A stretch of 44,093 nt of DNA from a virus (lineage: Duplodnaviria; Caudoviricetes), in the IMG/VR virus record IMGVR_UViG_3300020598_000100, positions 1 through 44,093 of that record. One strand, 5' to 3'. The notes beneath the pieces were generated by a model. That model did not search any database. It was given only the letters and a program-made list of their open reading frames with translations, and was not told where the DNA came from. Below, one piece after another: positions 34,951 to 43,742 of this stretch. The first letter of the stretch is position 1; each line of letters starts with the position of its first letter. The position numbers were made by a program, and so were the translations under genes.

Positions 34951-35090
34951 GGTTCTCCCCTTTGCGGTGGCGCAACTACCGGGCGTTCGTCGGCAAAACG
35001 CTTGGCTGGTCGATCATCGAGATTATGCAGATGCCTTGGGATGATTTCCTTCTCGAGGTGATCGAGGCGCATAGGCTGACGGACGGATAG
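34911..35090 (+). CDS. gpE'-like extension reached by -1 frameshift at TTTTTTG
   Basis: -1 frame open from slippery site to TAG 35090: ...WRNYRAFVGKTLGWSIIEIMQMPWDDFLLEVIEAHRLTDG. Confidence 0.8.
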   Translation, partial: FFAPPVPWERGGVRFSPLRWRNYRAFVGKTLGWSIIEIMQMPWDDFLLEVIEAHRLTDG

Positions 35091-35093
35091 CGC

Positions 35094-37544
35094 ATGGCGA
35101 CCAAGCAATCGACGCTGCAGATCAAGCTGATCGACGACGTGTCCGGGCCGGCCGGCAAGGTCGCGAAGGCGCTCAAGGCGGCGGAGGCGCAAGTCAAAGC
35201 ACTTGCGTCCTCCGGCGTCTCGAACCGGCTGGGCCAGCAGCTCACGCGCATCGGTGCCAGCGCTGCCGACATTCAAAAGGTTGGCGACGCCTGGAAGAAA
35301 TATGCCGCCGATCAGAAGCTCGCCGCCAATGCCAGCGAGTGGACCAAGGGGCAGATCGCCAAGGTCCGGATGTGGGAAAATGCGACGATCGCATCCGTCC
35401 GGAATGTGATACGGGCCGAGCAGCAACTGGAGCGTCAGGCCGCGCGCGTTGCGGCGGCCAGGAATAAGGCGTCCGGTGGACATGCCGGCGCTGGCATTCT
35501 CGGCCTGGCGGCTGCGCATCACGGCAAGCGTGCGGCGGCCAGCGTCCTGCATGCCTATCGCGAGTTCGACGATCTGGTGCGCTACCAGCGGGCGGTGCTC
35601 GGGGTCTCGGCTGAAGCTCAGAAGCCGCTGGTTGATCAGGCGATCCATCTCGGCGCGACGACCAAATTCAACGATCTGCAGGTGCTGCACGCGCAGCTCG
35701 ACCTGATCCAGCGTGGCATCAAGCAGGACGTTGTCATTCCGATCACCGAGGCCGCCGCTAATTTCGCCATGGCGCTCGGTACCGATCTGCCGACTGCCGC
35801 CAAGACCCTCGAGGGCATCCTGTTCTCGACCGGCAAGCATATGCACGACGGCCCGGCGGCGATCGCGGCCGCCAACAAGGCGGCGAGCTTTGCGACCAAG
35901 CTGGCGAAGATCGGCGGCCTCGACGAGGAGGATGTCCGTCAGTTCTTCAAATATGGCGGTCCATCGGCATCGGTCGCGGGGCTTTCGGATGAGACGATGG
36001 GCGCGGTTGCGGCGATCCTGCGCCGTTCCAACATCCGCGGCGACGAGGCGGGCGTGGCGATGCGCGCGTTTTCCAGCCGCCTCGTCTCGCCGACCGCCAA
36101 GGGCATGGACGCTCTGGGGACGATGGGGATCGATTACAACAAATTCTCGAAGATGCCCGGTGGCCTCAGCGTCGAGAACCTTGAAACCAAGTTCAAGCGG
36201 GACTTCGGCAAGAGCTTGACGGCCGCGCAGCGAAGCCGCCTCGGGAAGATCCTCGAGAACGAGGAGGTCGTCAGCGACCGCGGCGAGTTTGTCGCCCAGG
36301 TCACCGAGGTGCTGTCGGGCTCTTTCCAGAAAAACAAAAAAGGGAAGCTGGCGGCCAAGGATGCCGCGGCGCTGGCCAAAAAGATTGGCGATTTTCACCG
36401 GCTGTCGATCGAGTCGATCGACACCGAGGGGCTGTTGCGCGCGATCATCGAGAAGTCGCCGACGCTGTCGCAGGTCAATGCGATCTTCGGTGATCGGCAG
36501 GGCGGCCGGTTTGCGATCCTCGCCAAGGCCGGGCTCGAGATGTTCAACGATTACGTCCAAAAGCTGAAAGAGGCGGGTGACAATTTCCACGTCGAGATCG
36601 CCAAGGAACGGATGGCCGGTTTCGCCGGCGCGGCGGATCGCGCGGCCGGCGCGATGATGAACTTCGTGACGGCGATCGGGCGGGCAAACGATAGCTTGCT
36701 CGTCTCCGGCGCCAACAAGATCAGCACCGTGCTGAACGCGCTGACTGAACTTCCCGAGCCAATCCAGCGCGTAGGGTCCCAGATGGCGGGCCTCGCAGCT
36801 ATCATGGCCGGGGCGAAGGGGTTTGAGGCGCTGACTGGCGGTTTCGGGCTGAAGGGGTCCGCGGTCGCGCTGGATGGCGCTGCGGCAAATCTGTCCGCCG
36901 CCGCCGCAAAGCTCGGCGGGGCTTCCGGTGTGCCTGGGGCGCCTTCGTCGCCATCTGCGCCGGGCGGCGGGGCGCAGATTCCGGGTCCATTTGGTTTCTT
37001 CGGCTCGCTGCTGGTCGGCAAAGAGCTGATGGACTACGCCTTCAAGAACGTCTTGCCAAAACCGACGCTTCCCAAGGGGTACGATCCAGAGAAAGAACAA
37101 TCGAAATGGTGGTTTGAGCGGGCAAAGGAGCTCTATGAGCGATCCAAGACGCCGGTCCAGGAGGACTACACGTTCGGCTCGCAGGGCACTTTCAAGAAAG
37201 ATCCGTCGGCGCTGATGCCGCAAACCGGTTTCTTCCCATACCCGAGCTCGCCGGCTGGAAAAGAGGCGGAGAAAAACGCTGGCGCGGCAGGCAAGCGCAC
37301 CGGGGAGGCGTTCACGCGCAACCTCGAGGTCGAGCTGCAGAGGGCCTTGGGAATCGCGACCGGTATCGCCGGGCAGATCAACGGCGCGCTGAGTTTTTCG
37401 GCAACGCCCAGTATCAAGCCGAAAGTTGTGACGCCGGAGCGGATACCCGGCAAGCAGTCATCGCTCGATGGCGTTTCGCGGGGTCTCGGGCAGCGCATCG
37501 ATACCGCCCTTGAGGGCAATTTCGTAGATAACGAGTATGCCTGA
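35094..37544 (+). CDS. Tail tape measure protein (TP901-like core)
   Basis: LIDDVSGPA N-terminus, Ala-rich helical, IRGDEAGVAMR, AIFG. Confidence 0.93.
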   Translation: MATKQSTLQIKLIDDVSGPAGKVAKALKAAEAQVKALASSGVSNRLGQQLTRIGASAADIQKVGDAWKKYAADQKLAANASEWTKGQIAKVRMWENATIASVRNVIRAEQQLERQAARVAAARNKASGGHAGAGILGLAAAHHGKRAAASVLHAYREFDDLVRYQRAVLGVSAEAQKPLVDQAIHLGATTKFNDLQVLHAQLDLIQRGIKQDVVIPITEAAANFAMALGTDLPTAAKTLEGILFSTGKHMHDGPAAIAAANKAASFATKLAKIGGLDEEDVRQFFKYGGPSASVAGLSDETMGAVAAILRRSNIRGDEAGVAMRAFSSRLVSPTAKGMDALGTMGIDYNKFSKMPGGLSVENLETKFKRDFGKSLTAAQRSRLGKILENEEVVSDRGEFVAQVTEVLSGSFQKNKKGKLAAKDAAALAKKIGDFHRLSIESIDTEGLLRAIIEKSPTLSQVNAIFGDRQGGRFAILAKAGLEMFNDYVQKLKEAGDNFHVEIAKERMAGFAGAADRAAGAMMNFVTAIGRANDSLLVSGANKISTVLNALTELPEPIQRVGSQMAGLAAIMAGAKGFEALTGGFGLKGSAVALDGAAANLSAAAAKLGGASGVPGAPSSPSAPGGGAQIPGPFGFFGSLLVGKELMDYAFKNVLPKPTLPKGYDPEKEQSKWWFERAKELYERSKTPVQEDYTFGSQGTFKKDPSALMPQTGFFPYPSSPAGKEAEKNAGAAGKRTGEAFTRNLEVELQRALGIATGIAGQINGALSFSATPSIKPKVVTPERIPGKQSSLDGVSRGLGQRIDTALEGNFVDNEYA

Positions 37545-37963
37545 TGCTTTATTCGCTTGGTCCTCTCGTCGTTGAGGTCGCGCCTTTTAACGCGCACGAG
37601 GTCGACCGCCGGCACGCGGCCGACTTCGCGGCCAAAGAGTTGTTGGGGCGAAGGAAGAGCCGGGAATTCGTCGGCACTGGCGATGAGGTGATCTCGCTGC
37701 GCGGACGGCTCTATCCCCACAAGCTCGGCGGGTTGGAAGATCTCGCTCTGCTCAACGAGATGCGCGAAAGCGGCGTGCCGCAGTTTCTGCTGCGCGGCGA
37801 TGGCCTGCCGATGGGGTGGTTTCTCGTCGAGCGCGTGCAGGAGCGGTCGCGCCATCTTGACGGCAGGGGCGTCGGGCAGGAGATCGACGTCGAGATCGAG
37901 TTGGTCCGCGACGATCCGCCGTCGCCGTCGAGCTTCATCGACGTCTGGTTTTCGTTCTTCTGA
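37544..37963 (+). CDS. Tail protein (P2 gpU-like)
   Basis: MLYSLG...EFVGTGDEVISLRG...LLRGDG..MGWF. Confidence 0.9.
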   Translation: MLYSLGPLVVEVAPFNAHEVDRRHAADFAAKELLGRRKSREFVGTGDEVISLRGRLYPHKLGGLEDLALLNEMRESGVPQFLLRGDGLPMGWFLVERVQERSRHLDGRGVGQEIDVEIELVRDDPPSPSSFIDVWFSFF

Positions 37964-37975
37964 CAGGTGGCGCGA

Positions 37976-38203
37976 ATGATCGCTTCGGAGACGCTGACGG
38001 TCGAGAATGACGACGTGACGCTCGACCTTCTGTTGTGGCGCCGCTACCGCCACGTGCCGGATGGGTTCGTCGAGTCTGTCCTTTCCACGAATCCGGGCCT
38101 TGCCGATCTTGGGCCGGTGCTGCCGGTTGGAACGGTCGTGGTGGTCGAACTGCCTCAGCGGCCGGCGCATGCGACCGCGAGCGAAATCTCGCTTTGGGAC
38201 TAG
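37976..38203 (+). CDS. Tail protein X (P2 gpX-like, LysM-like)
   Basis: TLDLLLWRRY...NPGLADLGPVLPVGT...ISLWD; alternative start GTG 37967. Confidence 0.9.
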   Translation: MIASETLTVENDDVTLDLLLWRRYRHVPDGFVESVLSTNPGLADLGPVLPVGTVVVVELPQRPAHATASEISLWD

Positions 38204-38206
38204 CCG

Positions 38207-39319
38207 ATGATCGCGCATGAAGCCGTCTACTCAGTGACGATCGCGGGGCAGAACATCACGGCCAAGCTGAACGGTATCGTGATCGATATCACCGTTCGCG
38301 ATGCCGCCGGGCAATCTTCCGACACCGCAACGATCGTGCTGGATGATGCCGGGGGCCGTATCCGCCTGCCGCAGAAGAATGACCCGATCCTGATCGGACT
38401 CGGCTGGGCGGACAGCGGGGCGATCATGGTTTTCGAGGGCCAAGTCGACGGCGTGAGATCGTCGGGCGCCAGAGGTGGGGGGCGGATACTCACGATTGAC
38501 GCCAAGTCGGCCGACCTGCGCTCCAAGGTGAAGGAGCATCGTGAGAAACACTGGGATGACAAGACGCTCGGCGAGGTCATGAAAGAGGCCGGACAGCTCG
38601 CCGGCATCACGGTTTCTGTTCATCCATCGCTGGCCTCGATCAAGCGCGACTATTGGAGCATGGCCAATCAGAGTTTCGTCGCATTTGGCGAACGGCTCGC
38701 GCGAGAGGTCGGCGCCACCTTCAAGATCCGCGGCAATCGCGCGGTGATGGTGCCGCGCAATGAAGGTGTCGGCGCGGGCGGCACCGCACTACCCGCCATC
38801 AGAGCAGCATGGGGCGACAATCTCGCGGTATGGGACATAACGCCGTCGACCGGCCGGCCGCAGTTCAAGAGATACTCGGTGCGCTGGTTCGATCGCCGCG
38901 AGGGGAAGTGGAAGCAGGAGAAGGTCGAGGCAAAGCCCGATGTCGCTCCGCAGTCGACCGATCGATATTCGGAGGCCGATCCGGACACATCCGAGCAGCG
39001 CGCCGAATCCTCGAAAAAAGGCGGCGAGCGCGAAAGGGGCGGCGGCACCGTGACGATCGATGGCGACCCGACGGCCAAGGCAGAGGCGCCGGTGATCGTC
39101 TCCGGCTTGCGCCCGGGGATCGATGGCGTCTATCGCGCCGACGTCGTCGAGCACCGCTACACCCGCGGCGGCGGTTATCTCACCACGATCGATATCAAGC
39201 AGCCGGACGACGAGGCCGGGAAAGACAAGCGCGGCAACGGCGACAAATCGTCTTCCAAGCCGGCCCCTGGCTCTTATGGCGAGGCTGGAACGCCGAGCAT
39301 TCCCGGCAACGTCGGCTGA
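38207..39319 (+). CDS. Late control / baseplate hub protein (P2 gpD-like)
   Basis: DAAGQSSDTATIVLDD, LGW, NQSF...RLAREVGA, GIDGVY...VEH. Confidence 0.92.
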   Translation: MIAHEAVYSVTIAGQNITAKLNGIVIDITVRDAAGQSSDTATIVLDDAGGRIRLPQKNDPILIGLGWADSGAIMVFEGQVDGVRSSGARGGGRILTIDAKSADLRSKVKEHREKHWDDKTLGEVMKEAGQLAGITVSVHPSLASIKRDYWSMANQSFVAFGERLAREVGATFKIRGNRAVMVPRNEGVGAGGTALPAIRAAWGDNLAVWDITPSTGRPQFKRYSVRWFDRREGKWKQEKVEAKPDVAPQSTDRYSEADPDTSEQRAESSKKGGERERGGGTVTIDGDPTAKAEAPVIVSGLRPGIDGVYRADVVEHRYTRGGGYLTTIDIKQPDDEAGKDKRGNGDKSSSKPAPGSYGEAGTPSIPGNVG

Positions 39320-39373
39320 CGCCTAGTCCTGATCAGGCCGAGCATTACCGTCGAGGTGGATGCGAACGAGAGT

Positions 39374-39493
39374 TTAGGCGACTGGGGTGTCGCCCTCGTC
39401 GGTAGTCAGGATCATTACCGGCTGTCCCGAGACAGGTTCAACGCCTATCCCGAAGTCTTTCAAGGTGAAGACCGGACCTGTCAGCTCTTCCAT
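39374..39493 (-). pseudogene. Truncated paralog of 39528-39740
   Basis: MEELTGPVFTLKDFGIGVEPVSGQPVMILTTDEGDTPVA* aligns without gaps to the neighbour; TAA where the neighbour has Tyr. Confidence 0.6.
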
Positions 39494-39527
39494 TTCTGTT
39501 CTTCCACGCGAGCGTTGCGAGTCCGTC

Positions 39528-39740
39528 TCAATTCAACCCACCACACGGCGTCGGATTGTGATCCGCGTAGATCTCGATCAGGCTTGAGCCGATCCGCCGC
39601 GCGTATTCAGGGCTCATCACATACGCGATCGGCAGTTCATGTCCTTGACCGTAAAGGATCAAGACGGCCCGGCCAGAACCAATGTCATAGCCGGTGCTGA
39701 AACCCCTCACGTTGAATACTGGCGCTGACAGTTCCTTCAT
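39528..39740 (-). CDS. 70-aa hypothetical protein, antisense moron
   Basis: AAGGAG RBS; has a tandem paralog. Confidence 0.7.
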   Translation of the reverse strand: MKELSAPVFNVRGFSTGYDIGSGRAVLILYGQGHELPIAYVMSPEYARRIGSSLIEIYADHNPTPCGGLN

Positions 39741-39803
39741 CTCGATCTCCTTCGCGACATAAACCCGTCCACGGCTTCGCCGTTCCCATAAGGAAAATCT
39801 GCC

Positions 39804-40304
39804 ATGCTGGAACCTCGCTGGTTATTGCTGGCGCGTAAGTATATTGGCGTGCGCGAGATCAAAGGGCCGCGGCACGAGCAGCAAATCGTGAAGTGGTGGG
39901 AGGCAATCGGCGCACCATTCCGCGACGACGAAACCGCATGGTGCGGGGCTATGGTCGGCGGCGTCCTGAGCGAAGCCGGCTTGCCAATCGTGTCGGGCGG
40001 CGCGGCGGCGCGAAATTGGCTGAAACTGCCGGTGAAGCTCGATCGGCCGGCTGTCGGCTGCGTCGTTGTGTTTTGGCGCGGGACCCGAGACGGGGCGCTG
40101 GGACATGTCGGGTTTGTCGTGGGTCAGGACCGGTTCGGCAACCTGATGGTGCTCGGTGGCAACCAGGGCGACGAGGTCTGCATCAAGCCATTCAGCCGCG
40201 ACCGCGTGCTCGGCTATCGCTGGCCCAGCACCTGGCCGCTGGAGGAGCGCTTCAATCTGCCGGTGCTGGCGTCCGACGGCCGCGTTTCGACCAACGAGGC
40301 ATGA
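39804..40304 (+). CDS. TIGR02594-family endolysin (NlpC/P60-CHAP-like)
   Basis: PRWL..A...GVREI, DDETAWCG, GHVGFV, VLGGNQ; AAGGA RBS. Confidence 0.9.
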   Translation: MLEPRWLLLARKYIGVREIKGPRHEQQIVKWWEAIGAPFRDDETAWCGAMVGGVLSEAGLPIVSGGAAARNWLKLPVKLDRPAVGCVVVFWRGTRDGALGHVGFVVGQDRFGNLMVLGGNQGDEVCIKPFSRDRVLGYRWPSTWPLEERFNLPVLASDGRVSTNEA

Positions 40305-40305
40305 C

Positions 40306-40566
40306 ATGCAAAAGCCGTCCTGGCGCATTCGCCGCCGGATCATCATCGCGACACTGCTGTTCTGCGCCGGCGAGACGATTTATCTGACCGGCTGGGGCGC
40401 GGATACCTCGCTCCATTCCACCATCGCTAACGGCATTCTCATCCTCGCTGGCTCGGTGATCGGCGCCTACGTGTTCGGCGCCGCATGGGATGATGCCAAC
40501 GTCATGGCGGCGATGCGGCCGCACCGGCGCCGCGATCGGTCGACCGATGCCGATGGAGAGGAATAG
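40306..40566 (+). CDS. Holin-like 2-TM protein
   Basis: SWRIRRRIIIATLLFC...VIGAYVFGAAWDD; charged C-terminus; follows endolysin. Confidence 0.7.
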   Translation: MQKPSWRIRRRIIIATLLFCAGETIYLTGWGADTSLHSTIANGILILAGSVIGAYVFGAAWDDANVMAAMRPHRRRDRSTDADGEE

Positions 40567-40569
40567 GCC

Positions 40570-40959
40570 ATGGGATCAGGCATCTTTTTCCTCCTGTCCA
40601 ACTGGCAGCTCGCGGTGTCGGTGGCGCTCGGACTGCTCGCTCTCGGCCTTGTCTCGGTGATGCTTCGGAATTTCTGGTTTGCCGTTGCGGGTTTAGCGGT
40701 GTTGATCGGCTACTTCGCCTATCAGGATGCCTGGGAGAGGGGCGCGGAGGCGTGCCGTCAGCGCGTCGCCGAGGCCGTCGGCGCCGAGCAGGACCGGCAG
40801 CGCGCTATCTCGGATCAGGCGCTCGAGGATGCGCGGAGGCTGGCTGCAGAGCGCGCCCTCAAAGCCCAAGCACTTCAGAGCAAGGTCGACGAATATGAAA
40901 GCGCTGACGATTGCATTCTTGAGCCTGACCGCGCTCGCGGGCTGCACAACATCCGCTAG
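40570..40959 (+). CDS. Inner-membrane spanin (Rz-like)
   Basis: N-terminal TM, coiled coil, C-terminal Cys; overlaps a lipoprotein gene. Confidence 0.7.
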   Translation: MGSGIFFLLSNWQLAVSVALGLLALGLVSVMLRNFWFAVAGLAVLIGYFAYQDAWERGAEACRQRVAEAVGAEQDRQRAISDQALEDARRLAAERALKAQALQSKVDEYESADDCILEPDRARGLHNIR

Positions 40960-41158
40960 TATCCCGGTGCGGCCGATCTTGCCGCCGCTGCCCCATGATC
41001 TCGCCGCGACCTGCGAGGATCCGGGCGTCAGGGGCGGGCGATCGGCCATCACCGAGCTTGCGCGAAATCGCAAGGCGCTCGCCGACTGCCGGCAGCGACA
41101 CACCGATACCGTCGTTTTCTACGATGACCTGCGGGAAAAGCTGGGGGCGGCAGAGTGA
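40895..41158 (+). CDS. Outer-membrane spanin lipoprotein (Rz1-like)
   Basis: MKALTIAFLSLTALAG|C lipobox, Pro-rich segment. Confidence 0.8.
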   Translation: MKALTIAFLSLTALAGCTTSASIPVRPILPPLPHDLAATCEDPGVRGGRSAITELARNRKALADCRQRHTDTVVFYDDLREKLGAAE

Positions 41159-41451
41159 CATTTGATCCCACGATAACGTTCGGCGCCATCGTCAACGCGC
41201 TGGTTCTTCTTGTTGGCTTCGCGATCGCGTTCACGCGGATCGGCGGCCGGATCGACCTCTTGAGCCAGCGTTTGACAGCTGTCGAAGAGGCGCTCAAAGC
41301 CTTCGGCAATGTCAGCACGCGGTTGGCGGTCAATGAGACCGTCGCGGCCACGCATGCCCAGATGATCGCAGGGCTTCAAAAGGAGATCGCTGACATGCGA
41401 CGCGGATCCGGCTTCATTGCAGCGGGGCGCGAGCGACTTGATGGAGAATAG
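41155..41451 (+). CDS. Membrane-anchored coiled-coil protein of the lysis region
   Basis: FDPTITFGAIV TM plus coiled coil; GTGA coupling. Confidence 0.65.
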   Translation: MTFDPTITFGAIVNALVLLVGFAIAFTRIGGRIDLLSQRLTAVEEALKAFGNVSTRLAVNETVAATHAQMIAGLQKEIADMRRGSGFIAAGRERLDGE

Positions 41452-41527
41452 CCTTAGGCGCGCTGACTGGGTTGTCTTAGGGAATTCTTCGCGCTAATAG
41501 GCTGCTTACTGAACACTGTCGCCTTTC

Positions 41528-41561
41528 GCCCCGCTCGGCTTCGGCCGGGCGGGGCTTTTTT
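41528..41561 (+). terminator. Strong intrinsic terminator ending the late operon
   Basis: GCCCCGCTCGGC-TTCG-GCCGGGCGGGGC-TTTTTT. Confidence 0.9.
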
Positions 41562-41627
41562 GTCGTTTTGGGCCTGCCTTGACTCCCCCGCCGATATCCC
41601 CCTCCATTCATCCGGGGGGATGAGGTC

Positions 41628-42346
41628 ATGCGCTACTTTCTGGCAATCCTGCTCTTGCTCTGCACGCCGGCCGCGGCCGCGCCGATCGAGGGGCGCGCCC
41701 AGGTCATCGACGGCGACACGATCGCCGTCGAAGGTGCCGAAGCGCGGATCCGGCTTGACGCGATCGACGCGCCGGAAAGCAGCCAGCCGTGCTTTGACGA
41801 GGCCGGGAAGCGGTACCTCTGTGGGGCCCGCGCCGCAGAGGCGCTCGCCGAGATGATCGGCCGGAACGGCCGGGTGTCCTGCACGCCGAAGGAGCGCGAC
41901 AAATACGGCCGGATCGTCGCGGTCTGCCGAACCGGCACCATCGAACTTAATCGGGAGATGATCCGCCGCGGCTGGGCGGTCGAATACACCAAATATTCGG
42001 ACGGCCGCTATGCGAAGGACGAGGCCGAGGCGATGGCCGGCCGACGCGGGCTGTGGGCCGGCAGCTTCGATCTGCCATGGGAATGGCGCAAGCAGCGGAG
42101 GGGTGGCAATGAGCCGGCGGCGCGACTCGGCTTTGCCGGCGCTGCGTTGGCCGCTGCGGCGAAGGCAGAGGCCACCACGACGGCGACGAGCTGCAAATCT
42201 GCTCGCACCTGCCGAATGCCGTGATCCTCTGGTGCGGCGGTTACAGCCGCGCCGATGCCGATGATGATGGCATCCCGTGCGAGAACGTCTGCCGGACGCT
42301 GGAACAGGTCGAGCGCATCAAGAAGGAAATCGACTGCGAGCAGTGA
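41628..42346 (+). pseudogene. Secreted thermonuclease (SNase) with frameshifted Excalibur Ca-binding C-terminal domain; intact SNase ORF is 41628-42224
   Basis: Signal peptide, VIDGDTI, IDAPE, DKYGR, RRGLW; -1 frame after about 42213 reads AVILWCGGYSRADADDDGIPCENVC. Confidence 0.8.
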
Positions 42347-42349
42347 TGA

Positions 42350-42592
42350 TCACTCTGGCAGCACAAATCTCGATCCCGAGATGTGCATCGTGAACCAGCT
42401 CTGCGCCAGCGCGTGATCGCGGCCGGCGCCGTACTCCGCAACGTTGCCGCCGGCCTTCAGAAACGCAGAGTTGACCGGCCCGACCGTGGCGTAGGTGCCG
42501 TGCTCTGACTTGTGCTGGGCAATCAGCTCCATCAGCAGCTTGGCGGCGGCTTCCGGCTTGGCGTAGGGGCGGTCCTGGACGAATTTGGTCAC
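42350..42592 (-). CDS. Hypothetical protein
   Basis: Typical codon usage; KFVQDRPYAKPEAAA...WFTMHISG. Confidence 0.7.
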   Translation of the reverse strand: MTKFVQDRPYAKPEAAAKLLMELIAQHKSEHGTYATVGPVNSAFLKAGGNVAEYGAGRDHALAQSWFTMHISGSRFVLPE

Positions 42593-42754
42593 TCGGCGAT
42601 CTCGGTTAGTCTATCCTGCTTGCTGATGCCTCGCACGATTCGCAGTCCGTCGTCAGGCCACATTCTGCAGACGTTCTGGAGCGGCCGGCGCACCCGGCGT
42701 CGCCTCCGACTTCGGGGGCCAATCTGAGGCTGTATGGTAGAAGCGAGGCAACAG

Positions 42755-42815
42755 AAAACCCGCCATTGGCGGGTCCTGGATAAGAAACCCCGCTGCGGTA
42801 GAGCGCGGGTCTTTT
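42755..42815 (-). terminator. Two tandem hairpins downstream of the DUF3606 gene
   Basis: AAAACCCGCC-ATT-GGCGGGT and AAGAAACCCCGCT...GCGCGGGTCTTTT. Confidence 0.6.
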
Positions 42816-42991
42816 CACTTTCCTAGCTCTTTCCTTACCGCTGCGGCGGAGTTGCCGACCTTGGCGATTGTTCGGGTCAGCTCATCCACCGTGATGCCCA
42901 AGTGCTTTACCCAATATCTGACTTCGTAGTCCTCGTTCAGGTTGATCCGATCTCGGTCAGGACGCCCCACTTTTGATTTGTCGTCGCCCAT
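42815..42991 (-). CDS. DUF3606 family protein
   Basis: MGDDKSKVGRPDRDRINLNEDYEVRYW...VGNSAAAVRKEL; AGGAG RBS. Confidence 0.9.
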   Translation of the reverse strand: MGDDKSKVGRPDRDRINLNEDYEVRYWVKHLGITVDELTRTIAKVGNSAAAVRKELGK

Positions 42992-43042
42992 GGTGATGCT
43001 CCTGCATCGTGCATTAATCGCGCGCATGTCGCTTGGGTTCAG

Positions 43043-43068
43043 AACGCCATGGTCGCGCCAAATGTTCC
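43043..43068 (-). promoter_or_regulatory. EcfG/sigmaT (general stress response) promoter
   Basis: GGAAC-N17-CGTT on the minus strand, 51 nt upstream of the DUF3606 start. Confidence 0.75.
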
Positions 43069-43100
43069 ATTGATGGCCGCTAACGGCGCGGTAGCGGTTT

Positions 43101-43379
43101 TTATCGCCGGCGCCGCTTCTTGCTGGCGCTCCGGGCCCCGGGTTCGGGCGGCGGCCGTGGACCGTTGATGGCCTGCATGATCCCAATACTCGCGAGATCG
43201 ATCCAGCCGCCGCCTTCCTCTGCCGCTTTGATCAGCATTTCCGCGGCCAGCATCCACGCCTCAGTGACCCCCTTTTCGTCAGAGAGCTTGAGGATGTGCT
43301 GGCCAGCGTCGGCCAGCGTGACGAGCTTCTGGCCGTTCGGCAGCGGGATTGGCTCGCGGAACTTTTTGGACCATGGCAT
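43101..43379 (-). CDS. Hypothetical protein
   Basis: MPWSKKFREPIPLPNGQKLVTLADAG...W..AAEMLIKAAE; typical codon usage. Confidence 0.75.
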   Translation of the reverse strand: MPWSKKFREPIPLPNGQKLVTLADAGQHILKLSDEKGVTEAWMLAAEMLIKAAEEGGGWIDLASIGIMQAINGPRPPPEPGARSASKKRRRR

Positions 43380-43395
43380 CGCTGGCCAAGCTCAC

Positions 43396-43421
43396 AAAAA
43401 GCCCGGCCATACCGGCCGGGC
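43396..43421 (-). terminator. Intrinsic terminator
   Basis: Minus strand GCCCGGCC-GGTAT-GGCCGGGC-TTTTT. Confidence 0.75.
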
Positions 43422-43742
43422 AAGGTTCCAAGCACCCGAAGATTCTGACAACGCAGAGTCGGGCTACTCGTTCAAGGTTGCCCGCGAAAAACCGCATGCG
43501 TTGGTCCCGGGTCGCACAGGAACGGAATTGCAAGCATTGCGCTTATCGCTGTGCCGGGCAGTTAATGGACCCGGCCAGCGGTCCGTCGCCGCAGCCCACC
43601 AGTGTCGAACCGGCGGCGGACCGTTGCTTATGGCGGAAACCAGCGCGAGCTTCAGACGTTGCAATAACCGCCGGAGTCTTCCTCGCCGGCACCCCAGCCC
43701 GTTGCCTCGTCTCGACCCCAAACCCGCGAGGCGACGGGCGCC

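Noticed and set aside
34893-37223. 776-aa minus-strand ORF (also 27932-29557, 21402-22556, 19500-20558)
   Set aside because: Antisense shadows of high-GC structural genes, without start signals or coupling
41453-41515. 20-codon minus-strand ORF with GAAAGG upstream
   Set aside because: Too short, no hydrophobic or recognisable pattern; cannot be supported
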